From an uncultured delta proteobacterium (GTDB lineage Bacteria; Desulfobacterota; Binatia; JACPRU01): DNA of 64,000 bases. Where the stretch lies: assembly GCA_963745025.1 (NCBI GenBank), contig CAVUWD010000016.1, forward strand, positions 192,001 through 256,000, written 5' to 3'. Under the pieces are notes generated by a model. That model did no database searches and had not been told where the DNA came from. It saw only the letters and a list, made by a program, of their open reading frames with translations. Shown here piece after piece: positions 10,142-19,665 of the stretch; within the stretch, counting starts at the first letter, position 1; every line of letters begins with the position of its first letter. Made by a program: the position numbers and the translations under genes.

Positions 10142-10894
10142 TCACGCCGGCTTCGGCCGGCGGCGCAGCGCCAGGCGGACGACCGCACGGGTGTACTGCA
10201 CGAGCGTGCGCAGGAACTTCGTCTTGCTCTCGCCCGCGCTGCGCGACGGATAGTAGACGGGCACTTCGAGGATCGTCGAGCCGCGCGCCAGCGATTCGAC
10301 GAGCAGGCGAATGAAGTAATCGCCGTAGCCCTCGAAGACGTCGTCGAGATCGAGCGCCAGGATCGACTCGCGGCGCGCCGCGAAGAAGCCGCTCAGGTGA
10401 TCCTGCAGCTTGGTGCCGAGCAGAAGCCGGCAGAAGAAGTTGAAGAGGAAGGAAAGCCGGTAGCGGCCGTGCTCCTCCATGCCGCCGCCGACCGTGAAAC
10501 GGGAGCCGGTGACGAGGTCGTAGTAGCGAAGGAAGTCGATCATCTGCGGGACCATCTCCGGCTGATGATTGAAGTCGGTGTCCATCACCACGACGACCTC
10601 GCCGCGCGCCTCCTCGATTCCGCGGCGGACCGCGGTCGCGAGGCCGCGGGCGTCCGTGCGCCGGATGACTCGGACGTTGCCGCCGCATCCCGCCGCGATC
10701 TCCGCCGTGCCGTCGGGGCTGTCGTCGTCGACGACGACGATCTCGAGATCGCGCGTCGCGTGTGCGGCATCGCGTACGGCGGCGATCAGGTTGGCGATGT
10801 TGCCGCTCTCGTTGTACGTCGGCAGCACCACGGAGAGCCGCGGTTGCCAGTCGAAGGCGGGAGTCGCCCTAGGTGAGTAGGTCGGCGAGCGCAT
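10142..10894 (-). CDS. Polyprenol-monophosphate glycosyltransferase (DPM1/Ppm1-like GT2)
   Basis: LSVVLPTYNESGN, VVDDDSPDGT, RGLATAV, VMDTDFNHQP, GSRF, SGFFA, RSAGESK. Confidence 0.88.
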   Translation of the reverse strand: MRSPTYSPRATPAFDWQPRLSVVLPTYNESGNIANLIAAVRDAAHATRDLEIVVVDDDSPDGTAEIAAGCGGNVRVIRRTDARGLATAVRRGIEEARGEVVVVMDTDFNHQPEMVPQMIDFLRYYDLVTGSRFTVGGGMEEHGRYRLSFLFNFFCRLLLGTKLQDHLSGFFAARRESILALDLDDVFEGYGDYFIRLLVESLARGSTILEVPVYYPSRSAGESKTKFLRTLVQYTRAVVRLALRRRPKPA

Positions 10895-11984
10895 CGCAGA
10901 TGAATCGGATCTGGCTGCGGGCGAGGAGCGGCCCGGAGGGCAGGTTGAGACCGCGCGCGCCGAGCTCGGCGGCGACGGGATAGCGCCGACCGTCACGGTA
11001 GGGAGGAAGCTCGGGGATCGGCACGAAGAACGGCCGCCAGTCGATGCCACGCTCGAGCAGGTGGCGGCCGAGCGTCGCACGATCGACCGCCGCGTCCCGG
11101 CCGAGCACGACGCTGAACATCCAGTGGACGTTCTCGCTGCGCGGCATCTCGAGCGGCATCTCGAGCGGCAGACCGGCAAGGCCGGCACGGTACCAGGCGG
11201 CGATGCGGCGCTTGCGCTCGAGGATCTCGGGGAAGCGGTCGAGCTGGGCGAGCCCGAGCGCCGCTTGCAGCGTGGTCATGCGGTAATTGAAGCCGATCTC
11301 GCCGTGGTAGTAGCGCTGGTTCGGCGACATCGCGTGATCGCGCAGCAGACGTAGCCGCGCGGCGAGCGCAGCGCTCGAGGTGAGCACCATCCCGCCCTCG
11401 CCGGTCGTGACCATCTTGTTGCCGTAGAAGCTGAAGCAGGAGGCGGCGCCGAATGCGCCGACGGGGCGCCCGCCATAGCGTGCGCCGTGCGCTTCCGCCG
11501 CATCCTCGACGAGGTGGAGCCGGGCCCTCCGCGCAATCGCGCGAAGCCGGGCCATGTCGGCCGGCTGGCCGTAGAGATGGACCGCGATGATCGCCCGCGT
11601 GCGGCGCGTGATCTTGGCCTCGACGGCGCTCGGATCGAGGTTCCAGGTCCCGCGGTCGGCATCGGCGAACACCGGCGTCGCTCCCGCATAGTGCACCGCG
11701 TTCGCCGTGGCGATGAACGTGAGCGCCGGTACGATCACCTCGTCGCCGGGGCCGATTCCGAGCGCGGCGAGCGCGAGATGGAGCGCGGTCGTGCCGTTGC
11801 TCGTGGCGACGCCGAAGCGCCGGTCGCAGAGCGCGGCGAAGCGCCCCTCGAACTCGCGAATCTCCTCGCCGATCGAAGAGATCCAGCCGCTCTTCACGCA
11901 GCGCGTGACGCGCTCGAGCTCGCCTCTCCCGATCCAAGGCTCGTAAACGGGAATGAACGACCGCGCTTTCTTCGCGGCCTTCAC
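10869..11984 (-). CDS. DegT/DnrJ/EryC1/StrS sugar aminotransferase (perosamine synthase-like)
   Basis: SGWISS, NGTTALHLAL, VHLYGQP, EDAAEAHG, FSFYGNKMVTTGEGG, GFNYRMT, LNLPS. Confidence 0.95.
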   Translation of the reverse strand: MKAAKKARSFIPVYEPWIGRGELERVTRCVKSGWISSIGEEIREFEGRFAALCDRRFGVATSNGTTALHLALAALGIGPGDEVIVPALTFIATANAVHYAGATPVFADADRGTWNLDPSAVEAKITRRTRAIIAVHLYGQPADMARLRAIARRARLHLVEDAAEAHGARYGGRPVGAFGAASCFSFYGNKMVTTGEGGMVLTSSAALAARLRLLRDHAMSPNQRYYHGEIGFNYRMTTLQAALGLAQLDRFPEILERKRRIAAWYRAGLAGLPLEMPLEMPRSENVHWMFSVVLGRDAAVDRATLGRHLLERGIDWRPFFVPIPELPPYRDGRRYPVAAELGARGLNLPSGPLLARSQIRFICDALADLLT

Positions 11985-12008
11985 TCGACGCTCCTCACCG
12001 CCACGGTT

Positions 12009-13001
12009 TTATCCTCGACGTCCAGCTGAAAGAGCGGCACGGTCCGCGCCCCCCACCACGCCGAACCTGCCTAGACGAACGTGCCGCTTGTTTCTAGGCA
12101 CCCAGACGCCGATCGTCGCTTCGTACGAAGCATTCGGGAAATCGGCGGGTATGGAGATCTGACGCACGTCCTTGACGATCTCTTCGGGAAGCCAACGCTT
12201 CGTCGTGTGCAGCGCCTTCGGAAGATGGTCGTCTTTGAGGAGCCGGCCGTCACCCCGGAGCCGAAGGTACGCGGCGTAGTCCTCGTCCATGGTTCGCATC
12301 GCCTGCCAGTAGTAAGTGATCTCCACGCGGCGCGGACCGAGGGCCCGCCAGCCGTACCCGAGGAGCCTCAGATCGCGTCCGAACCGCCAATCGACGCGGA
12401 CCGCGGGCCGGAAACGCTCGGCCTCGATGCGCTCGATTTCGCGAAGCTTCTCCCATTCACCGAGGGATCGATACAGGCGGCGGAGCTCAACGAGGGGCCC
12501 ATCGCTTTCAGGTTCGCGAGCGCTTTGCAAGCGCAGGCGTCGCTCCGCGAGCGCCGGCGACGCAGGGTCGCCGAACTCGGGAAGGCGCAGCGCCGCGCCC
12601 ATGGGCAGCATCACCGGACGGATCGGCAGGCGCCAATCGTGAAGCAGCAGGTAGACGCCGACGACGGCGAAGTATGGAAACACGAGCCAGTTCGTCCAGA
12701 ACGCGAGACCGGCGACGAAGGCGATGGCGAGGAGGCACTTTCGCTCGACGGCCGGCGCCAGATCGTCGTGGGTGACCCGCAACGCGAGCCAGAGGAGGAT
12801 CGTTCCGAAGGCGAGCGTCTCGGGATAGTCGCCGCGCGGCATGATCTGTTGGTACTGGACGTAGGGCGGCGCAAACGCGAGCAGCCAGGCGGCGATCGCG
12901 CCCGCAAGCGGCCCGCCGCAGCGGCGCGTCACCAGGTAGAGGGCGACGGCAAAGAGCACGTACCAGGGAAGCAGCCCCATCGACAGCGTCGCGTCGCTCA
13001 C
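12009..13001 (-). pseudogene. Deletion remnant of a GT-C glycosyltransferase (lacks the N-terminus and the central part)
   Basis: Aligns by eye to the internal TMs of 6744-9290 (RGDYPETLAFGT vs RGAYAESLALGT, GLAFWTN vs GLSFWTH), begins after the catalytic loop, then jumps to a C-terminal domain near 12590. Confidence 0.6.
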
Positions 13002-15430
13002 GCCGAAGAGCGCGAAGACCGCACGGGATCGAGTGTGGCATCGAGCGGCCTCACGGGAGTGAAACGCTGCGAGCGGAGCGCCTCGAGGGCATTCTTCGTT
13101 TCTTCGTCACGGGCGCTCGCCAACGCGCGATCCACGCAGCGCGACGCCGCGTCGCCGCTCTGCGCGCAGGCCAGGAACTCGCGCTCCGCGAGCTCTTCGA
13201 GTCCCAGGCGTTCGTAGAGAAGCGCGTGCGAGCTGCTCGGCGAGAGTCCGATGAAGCCGTTGATCCAAAGCGCGCGCGCGAAGCGATCGCTGAAATCGGG
13301 ATTGTCGGGGTTCGCGCGCATCGCGCGCAGATAGTCGCTCATCACCTCGCTCCACGGAGTCGAGTCGGCGTCCGGTGCGAAGCGCGCGTGGATCGAGTGA
13401 TAATTGATGCCGATGAATCCTCGCCGCTCGGCGAGCAGGCCCTGGCGAAAGTCCACCATGCCGGCGTCGCTCGCGGGAAGGTCGGCGGCGCGGATGAAGA
13501 TCTCCGCGACCGACCAGTTCCATGCGACGGTCGGCTCGAGCAAGCGCACCCGCACGTGGCGCGCCTCGGCGGGCGCGAAGTAGAACGAGGCGCGTCCGTT
13601 GTCGTCGTGCTTCGGGTGGCCGTTCCACCAGTACCAAGAAGGCGCCACCAGTCGCTGGCGCTCCGTCCAGCTCGTGCCGTCGAGCGAGGTCTCGATCACG
13701 GCGGCTCCCGGCGCGTCGCGAATGCGGACGCCGCTCAACAAATGCACTTCCTCGACGCGGTGGGTTTCACCGAGATCCACCGCGATCCAGTCGCCCTTCT
13801 CGCCGCTCCGGTTGGTCGACCACACGCTGAGCGGGTTCCGATCGGCGATGGCGGCAAGGCTCTCGGGAGCGACGCTCGCGGCGAGCCGCCAGCCGCGCGG
13901 CGGCAGCCAGCCGCCGGAGAGGGCCGGCGGCTCGAAGTGGTAGAAGATCACGTAGGGGCCGGCCTCGGCACGGCGGTAGCGGCCGTCGAGCACGCGAAGC
14001 GAGCGCGCCAGATCGTCCGGCGAGGGGGTCTGCAGGATCTTGTGTGCCACGATCGCGGGAGCGGCGGCGTCGTCGACCGCGTCGAGATACGGCTGATAGG
14101 GAATTCCGTAGTAATCCGAGACGATGATCCGCTCGCGCGAGGCGAGCGTCAGCGGCAGCGAAATGCGATCGTGGGCGTAGGCGCGGGTGATACCGAGACG
14201 GTCGAGCTCCGCGACGCCGGTTCGCGCGCCTTTGCCCTCGATCGGCTTGCCCCACTCCGCGTAGTGCCGGCGATCGTTGACGCCGGGAACGATCAGCAGC
14301 GTGAGCAGCGCGAAGGCAGCGGCCGACGAGCGGCGCGCGAGTGTCGCCACCGCTCCGCCGACGAGGATCGGGATCGCGAAGCACATGGGGATCAGGTAGC
14401 GCGAGAAGCCTGCGCTCACACCCCAGTGGCTCTTCGAGTAGAGCACGGCGGTCGTCGCCACGAGCGCGAGCAACATGCCCGCGCCGATCCGGATCTCGGG
14501 CCTCTCCTTGTGGGCGCGCAGCAACTCCCACACGCCGAAGAGGACCAGCGCGACGAACGCGATTTGTCCGTAGCGAAGCCAGGGAGGCGCGCCGACCGCG
14601 CTCGTCCAGAACTGCGTGTTTGCTGCCATCAGGCTGCCGATCGATTCCCAGAAGCCCTCGAGCGAGGTCGTGAGCGGCCTCTCAGAATAATCGGCCGAAA
14701 TGAAATTTCGCAGCACGATCCAGTGGAAGGTCGCGTTCCAGGCGACGAGCGGTGCGGCACCGACGAGAACGCCGAGCGCGAGACGCCAGGCATCGGCGCG
14801 GAAGAAGGCGAGCCGCTGCCGGGCGAGAAAGGCCAACAGCACCGCCGCAGCGAAACATAGGCCGAGCTGGTGACACCAGATCGAGGCGCCAAGGCTCACT
14901 CCGGCGAGCCACGTCCAACGCCGATGATCCGGGCGATCGACGATCGCGACGAGCGCCGCGACGCAGCCGACTCCGCCGAGCGTCACGAAGAGCGCGTAGG
15001 AGTTGACGTCGTAGAACGGGAAATACGCAGGCGCGAGTGCGAGGTAGGCCAGGGCCGCTAGGCCGGCGACCGATCCCCAGAGACGGCGAGCGAAAAGATA
15101 GACGGCGATCGTGCCGACGAAGTTCAGCCCGACGCTCACCCAGCTGTAGGTGAGGATCGGATCGCGGTGGAGCGCGTAGAACGGCGCGAGCAGGTATGAG
15201 AAAACGGTCCCGTGGTAGGGCTCGCTCCAGTTCATCACCGGAGTCTCGCCGCGCAGGATCGCTAACGCCTCGAGCCCCATCGGTGCGCGCTCGTACTGGA
15301 TCTCCTCGAAGTAGGGCGAATAGATCATCGCCACCCGAGAAGCGGCTACGGCGACGAAGGCCGCACCGGTGAGGACGAGCCCGAAATGCCGCCGATCCCC
15401 CACACGACCATCTCGCGACAAGTTCGTCAT
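12998..15430 (-). CDS. GT-C glycosyltransferase with discoidin domain, C-terminus probably truncated
   Basis: YERAPMGLEAL loop, TM block, IADRNPLSVWS...WIAVDLG...ETSLDGTSW...WSVAEI discoidin signature. Confidence 0.8.
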   Translation of the reverse strand: MTNLSRDGRVGDRRHFGLVLTGAAFVAVAASRVAMIYSPYFEEIQYERAPMGLEALAILRGETPVMNWSEPYHGTVFSYLLAPFYALHRDPILTYSWVSVGLNFVGTIAVYLFARRLWGSVAGLAALAYLALAPAYFPFYDVNSYALFVTLGGVGCVAALVAIVDRPDHRRWTWLAGVSLGASIWCHQLGLCFAAAVLLAFLARQRLAFFRADAWRLALGVLVGAAPLVAWNATFHWIVLRNFISADYSERPLTTSLEGFWESIGSLMAANTQFWTSAVGAPPWLRYGQIAFVALVLFGVWELLRAHKERPEIRIGAGMLLALVATTAVLYSKSHWGVSAGFSRYLIPMCFAIPILVGGAVATLARRSSAAAFALLTLLIVPGVNDRRHYAEWGKPIEGKGARTGVAELDRLGITRAYAHDRISLPLTLASRERIIVSDYYGIPYQPYLDAVDDAAAPAIVAHKILQTPSPDDLARSLRVLDGRYRRAEAGPYVIFYHFEPPALSGGWLPPRGWRLAASVAPESLAAIADRNPLSVWSTNRSGEKGDWIAVDLGETHRVEEVHLLSGVRIRDAPGAAVIETSLDGTSWTERQRLVAPSWYWWNGHPKHDDNGRASFYFAPAEARHVRVRLLEPTVAWNWSVAEIFIRAADLPASDAGMVDFRQGLLAERRGFIGINYHSIHARFAPDADSTPWSEVMSDYLRAMRANPDNPDFSDRFARALWINGFIGLSPSSSHALLYERLGLEELAEREFLACAQSGDAASRCVDRALASARDEETKNALEALRSQRFTPVRPLDATLDPVRSSRSSA

Positions 15431-15515
15431 TTCCCGGCGCGTCCTAGAAGACCGAAAAGCCCCCGGCCGTCAACCGGCGTCGTTAGCCTTGAAACGAAAA
15501 TGATTTCGGCCGAGA

Positions 15516-15647
15516 AGCGTGCCGAGCCCGCACCCGACTGCGACGCGTCGCGTCGCGCCAGATGAGCCGCGGGGCCGTCTTTGGAGGCGCGCGAGACACC
15601 TAGGAAGAAGCTCGTGGCGGCCAAGTCGGGTGCGGGCTCGGCACGCT
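15516..15647. repeat. Perfect 24-bp inverted repeat (REP/REPIN- or MITE-like)
   Basis: AGCGTGCCGAGCCCGCACCCGACT (15516-15539) and its exact reverse complement (15624-15647), 84-bp spacer, CTAC (GTAG on the - strand) at 15648-15651. Confidence 0.8.
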
Positions 15648-15876
15648 CTACGGGTCCAAGTATTTTCGCTTCAAGGCTGGGAGGCTGCGTCACGGATCGC
15701 TTTCGTTGGTCGCGATCCCGGCTCCGGCCGTGCCGACTACCGAGCCCGCCCTTGATTCCATCTGGGCGGGGTGCAAGAAGGCGCTGCCTTGACGACCCCC
15801 TTTTGTGAAAAATCCGCAAACGCGATCGGCAGCGGGCTTCCTGGCGTGATGGGGGGAGCTCCGAGGATGGAGGAAG

Positions 15877-16596
15877 GTGGATAGAGTCTGGTGGCTCGTC
15901 GCCTGTGGTCTGACGTTCTCGGTTGCGGCGTGCGGAGGTGGCGGGGGCGGTGGCGGAAGCTCGAGCGGCATCGGGCTCGAGGACCTGAACCAGGATGGCC
16001 GGGTCGCGGTGCTCTGCTTCGGGGATAGCATCACGCGCGGCGTGGGAGATGGCCCGACTGCCGAGTCCTTGCCGCCTTCGCCGGCGGGCTACCCGGAGAG
16101 GCTCCAGCCGCTGCTGGCACCGCGGACCGACCTGCCGCTGGTAGTGATCGACGATGGCGAGCCGGGGGAGCGGACACCGGATGGCCTGGTGCGGCTACGT
16201 CGCGATCTCGAGATCAACAGCCCCGACTACACGATCCTCCTCGAGGGGACGAACGACGTCGAGGACGGTCGCGCCGATGTCGCCCTCGCCAACATCCAGC
16301 GGATGATCGATTCGGTTTTCCAGCAAGGCGGAATGCCGCTGCTCGGCACGATCACCCCGACCTGCTGCAATCACAAGAACATGCTGCCCGAGCCCGCCGT
16401 GCGGTTCTACAACGACCGGCTGCGCGCGATCGCCGCGAACGACTCGATCCCGCTCGTCGACTTCTACGCGGCCTTGGCCGGCGGCCCCGAGGCGTCCTAC
16501 GATTCCACGATCGGCTTCATCCACGTCCCCGAGGGGCTTCACCCGACGCCCGCGGGCTACGATCTCATGGCCGTGACCGCACAAAAGATCTTCTAG
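15877..16596 (+). CDS. SGNH/GDSL hydrolase lipoprotein
   Basis: VAAC lipobox plus poly-Gly, FGDSIT, EGTND, GLHPT. Confidence 0.88.
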   Translation: MDRVWWLVACGLTFSVAACGGGGGGGGSSSGIGLEDLNQDGRVAVLCFGDSITRGVGDGPTAESLPPSPAGYPERLQPLLAPRTDLPLVVIDDGEPGERTPDGLVRLRRDLEINSPDYTILLEGTNDVEDGRADVALANIQRMIDSVFQQGGMPLLGTITPTCCNHKNMLPEPAVRFYNDRLRAIAANDSIPLVDFYAALAGGPEASYDSTIGFIHVPEGLHPTPAGYDLMAVTAQKIF

Positions 16597-16598
16597 GG

Positions 16599-16677
16599 AA
16601 GGGGGAACGTTGTAGCCGCTGCGAACCGCCGCCGGTAGGAGCCGTGGCAGTTGCCAGCGGTTACAACGTCTCTCCTT
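16599..16677. terminator. Long stem-loop between convergent genes (bidirectional terminator or REP-like)
   Basis: ACGTTGTAGCCGCTG (16607-16621) pairs with CAGCGGTTACAACGT (16655-16669) with one G-T pair. Flanks and interior also pair. Confidence 0.6.
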
Positions 16678-16681
16678 TGCC

Positions 16682-17896
16682 CTACTGCTTCGCCACGTCG
16701 ATCAGGAAGGGATAGAGGAGGTCGGCTACCACGTCGTGGCCGAAAGAATTGAGGTGCTGGTCGTGCTTCCAGAAGACCTTGCGGCGGCCGATCTTCGCGA
16801 GCGGCGGTCCGAGCTCGGCGAGCGGCACGTGGTGCGACTTCGCCCAGCCGCGCACCCAGCGGTCGGGACGGTCGTAGTCGAAGGCGGGATCCTTGGACTC
16901 CGTCCAGAGGATGGCCGGAGCGAGGTCGCCGATCGCCTGCGGGCCCGAGAGGCCCGCCAGCACGAACCGGGCGCCGAGCATTCTCGCTTCGTGGCGGGCC
17001 ACCTCGAGAAGCTTACCCGTGCGCTCGAAAGCCGCCTGCCATTCGGGCGTCAACGGGTTGCGGTAGACGCCGAGCTCGGGACTCATGAGATCGGCCGGTG
17101 AGATCGTGCGATCGAAGCGATCGAGGTGCTCGGCGTAGTACTCGGTGGCCGCCTCGGCGATCAGGCCATTCAGCCGCGAGCGCGGCACGATCATGAGCTT
17201 CTGGAAGAATTCGAGCTTCCGCGGAGCGACCTTGCCGATGTACCGAACGCCGAACTCGGAGGCCTCGCGGAACGTCGCCGGATCGTTCTCCATGAAGTCG
17301 TTGCCGCAGAAGAAGAGCAGCAGAACGACGTCCGGCTTGTAGACCGGCCCGTACGTTCGGAGCCATTCGATCTCGGCCTCCTGCGCGCTTCGGCCCTGGC
17401 CGAACGCGATCACCTGGTAGGAGCCGCGGCCGAGAGGGTCCTCTTTCGCGAGGCGGGCCTCGAGGCGCTTGTGAAACGTCTTTTCTAGGGGGACCTCCCA
17501 TGCCGCGACGTAGGAGTCGCCGAGCACCATGATCCGGTAGGTGCTCACCGAAGGGCGCTCGGGGGCGTAGTCGCGGTCGTGGAAACCGAGATCGTTGAGG
17601 GTGACCGGCGTGGCGTAGTCCTCGACGGCACCCGGCATGTAACCGAGGTAGAGGAACTGGCTGTTGCGGCCGAGCTGGTATGTTGCGCGCACCTTGTCGG
17701 ACAGGAGCACGGGCATGCGGAAGCCTGTGAGCCGAAGCGCCGCTTCGGCGGCGAACGCCGAGAATCCCAGCGCGAGCAGGGCCAGCGCGAGACCCGTTGC
17801 GACGCGCCGGCCGCCGGCGAAGCGCCCCGCCGAAGCTCTTCGCGGTCGCAGCGATGCGGGATCGTCCCCAACCTTCGGTGGCGCCGCGGTGCTCAT
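16682..17896 (-). CDS. Membrane-anchored SGNH hydrolase / O-acetyltransferase-like protein
   Basis: N-terminal TM with AEAALR, NDLGFHD, LGDSY, CGND, DQHLNSFGH. Start approximate. Confidence 0.8.
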   Translation of the reverse strand: MSTAAPPKVGDDPASLRPRRASAGRFAGGRRVATGLALALLALGFSAFAAEAALRLTGFRMPVLLSDKVRATYQLGRNSQFLYLGYMPGAVEDYATPVTLNDLGFHDRDYAPERPSVSTYRIMVLGDSYVAAWEVPLEKTFHKRLEARLAKEDPLGRGSYQVIAFGQGRSAQEAEIEWLRTYGPVYKPDVVLLLFFCGNDFMENDPATFREASEFGVRYIGKVAPRKLEFFQKLMIVPRSRLNGLIAEAATEYYAEHLDRFDRTISPADLMSPELGVYRNPLTPEWQAAFERTGKLLEVARHEARMLGARFVLAGLSGPQAIGDLAPAILWTESKDPAFDYDRPDRWVRGWAKSHHVPLAELGPPLAKIGRRKVFWKHDQHLNSFGHDVVADLLYPFLIDVAKQ

Positions 17897-18120
17897 TCCG
17901 GTCAAGGCGTGGTGAGGAAACGGCGTGGAGAGCCGAACTTCGGCGGTCGTCCTCCGGCGCGGGTCATCTCCCTTGTCGCCATGCGGTTTCTACGTAATAT
18001 GATACGTAGCACGCGGATTCGAACGTAGAAACATCGGGCCGGCGGAATCGCTGGCATGGATCAGCTGCAAATTTGACGCTCCCCGGCGATTCGAGGAAAC
18101 AGCCGTTACGTAACTTGTCG

Positions 18121-19656
18121 ATGACGAAGAGGCACCTATGGGTCCTCGGGGGGCTCCTGCTGGCTGCAGCAGGGTTCCGCTTCTGGGGCCTCTGGTGGGG
18201 CGCACCCGAGCGGATCGATCTCCATCCCGACGAGATCGAGCACGTGATGAGCCACGCGCTCGCGGTCTCGCTCGCCGACCCCGATCCGAAATTCCTGAAC
18301 TATCCCTCATTCCTGATGTACCTCATCGCGATCACGAACGGCCTGCTCGTGCGCCTCGGCCTCGTCAGCGCGCCGTGGCAGTCGTACATCGTCGCCCGGT
18401 CGATCGTCGCTGCGTTCGGCACGGCCACGGTTGCGGCCGCCTACTGGCTGGCGAGCGGGATGACGGGCTCGCTGCTTGCCGCGACGCTCGCCGGGCTTTG
18501 GACCGCTCTCCTGCCGCTCCACGTCTGGGAGAGCCACTTCGCGGTGACGGACGTGGTCATGACGTTCTGGATCCTGGTCGCCCTCGCGTGCTCGGTCCGA
18601 ATGCTGCGCCGGACCGGCGTTCGGGACTACATGGTCGCCGGCGCCGCAATCGGTCTGGCGATCGCCAGCAAGTATACGGCGGCGCTCGTCGGCCTCTCGC
18701 CGCTCGCGGCCTCGCTGCTCGCGCCGCGGCCGGTGGCGACCCTCGTCGCGGGCCTCGCGGCCCTCGGGCTGACGGCGCTCGTTTTCGCCTTCGCCGCCAC
18801 GCCGTTCAGCTTTCTCCACTTCAGCCAGTTTCGCGAGGCGATGGCCTTCGAATACCAGCACGTCCACAGCCTGCACTACGGCTTCGGTCTGCCGGCGGTC
18901 GGCTGGCAGTACCACAAGTACGTCTACGAGCTCTTCGCCGGCTTCCCGTTCAGCATGGGGTTCGCGCTCTACGCGAGCGCGGCGGTCGGAACGGTCTGGG
19001 CGCTCGCGCGGCTTCGCCGGGAGTTCGTCCCCGTGATCGCCTTTGCGGTCCCGTTCTTCGCGATCCTCGGTGACTGGCCGTTCAAGCCGTTGCGCTACCA
19101 GCTGCCGGTGCTGATCGTCGGGGCGATCTTCGCGGGGATCTGGCAGGCCGCGTGGCTCGAGAGCGCTTCGCGCGCGTGTCGGGTGGCCTCGGCCGTCGCC
19201 GTCGGCACGACCTTCGTCTACACGGCGCTCTTCACGTTCCAGACGACCGATCGGCTGCGTCACGACACGCGCATCGAAGCGGCACGCTGGCTCGACCAGA
19301 CGCTGAAGCCGGGCGAGCGCCTGCTCCTCTGCGGCTACAGCCCCTACCTGGCGATTCCTACCGACCCGCGGATCCTGGTGGAGGCCGACAACGAGGTGGT
19401 GATCAGTAAGCTCGGCGGGCGCACGGACTTTGATCTCGTCGAGATCACCTCGATGCACTACTGGCGGCACGAGCGCCATCGTCACCCCGCGTTCCTACCC
19501 GCCTACCAGCACCTGCGGGAGGGCCGGACGCCGCTTCACCTCGTCAAGACCTTCGACGCCGACTTCCTGAATCGCGATCTCTATCGCCGCCTCGACCCGA
19601 TGTTCGCCGGGTACTTCATCTCGCCGACCCTCGAGTTCTATGCGCGGACTCGGTAG
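18121..19656 (+). CDS. GT-C (PMT_2/ArnT-like) glycosyltransferase
   Basis: FRFWGLWWG...HPDE, FLNYP, SHFAVTD, GLAIASKY, multiple TMs. Confidence 0.88.
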   Translation: MTKRHLWVLGGLLLAAAGFRFWGLWWGAPERIDLHPDEIEHVMSHALAVSLADPDPKFLNYPSFLMYLIAITNGLLVRLGLVSAPWQSYIVARSIVAAFGTATVAAAYWLASGMTGSLLAATLAGLWTALLPLHVWESHFAVTDVVMTFWILVALACSVRMLRRTGVRDYMVAGAAIGLAIASKYTAALVGLSPLAASLLAPRPVATLVAGLAALGLTALVFAFAATPFSFLHFSQFREAMAFEYQHVHSLHYGFGLPAVGWQYHKYVYELFAGFPFSMGFALYASAAVGTVWALARLRREFVPVIAFAVPFFAILGDWPFKPLRYQLPVLIVGAIFAGIWQAAWLESASRACRVASAVAVGTTFVYTALFTFQTTDRLRHDTRIEAARWLDQTLKPGERLLLCGYSPYLAIPTDPRILVEADNEVVISKLGGRTDFDLVEITSMHYWRHERHRHPAFLPAYQHLREGRTPLHLVKTFDADFLNRDLYRRLDPMFAGYFISPTLEFYARTR

Positions 19657-19665
19657 CAGGTCATT

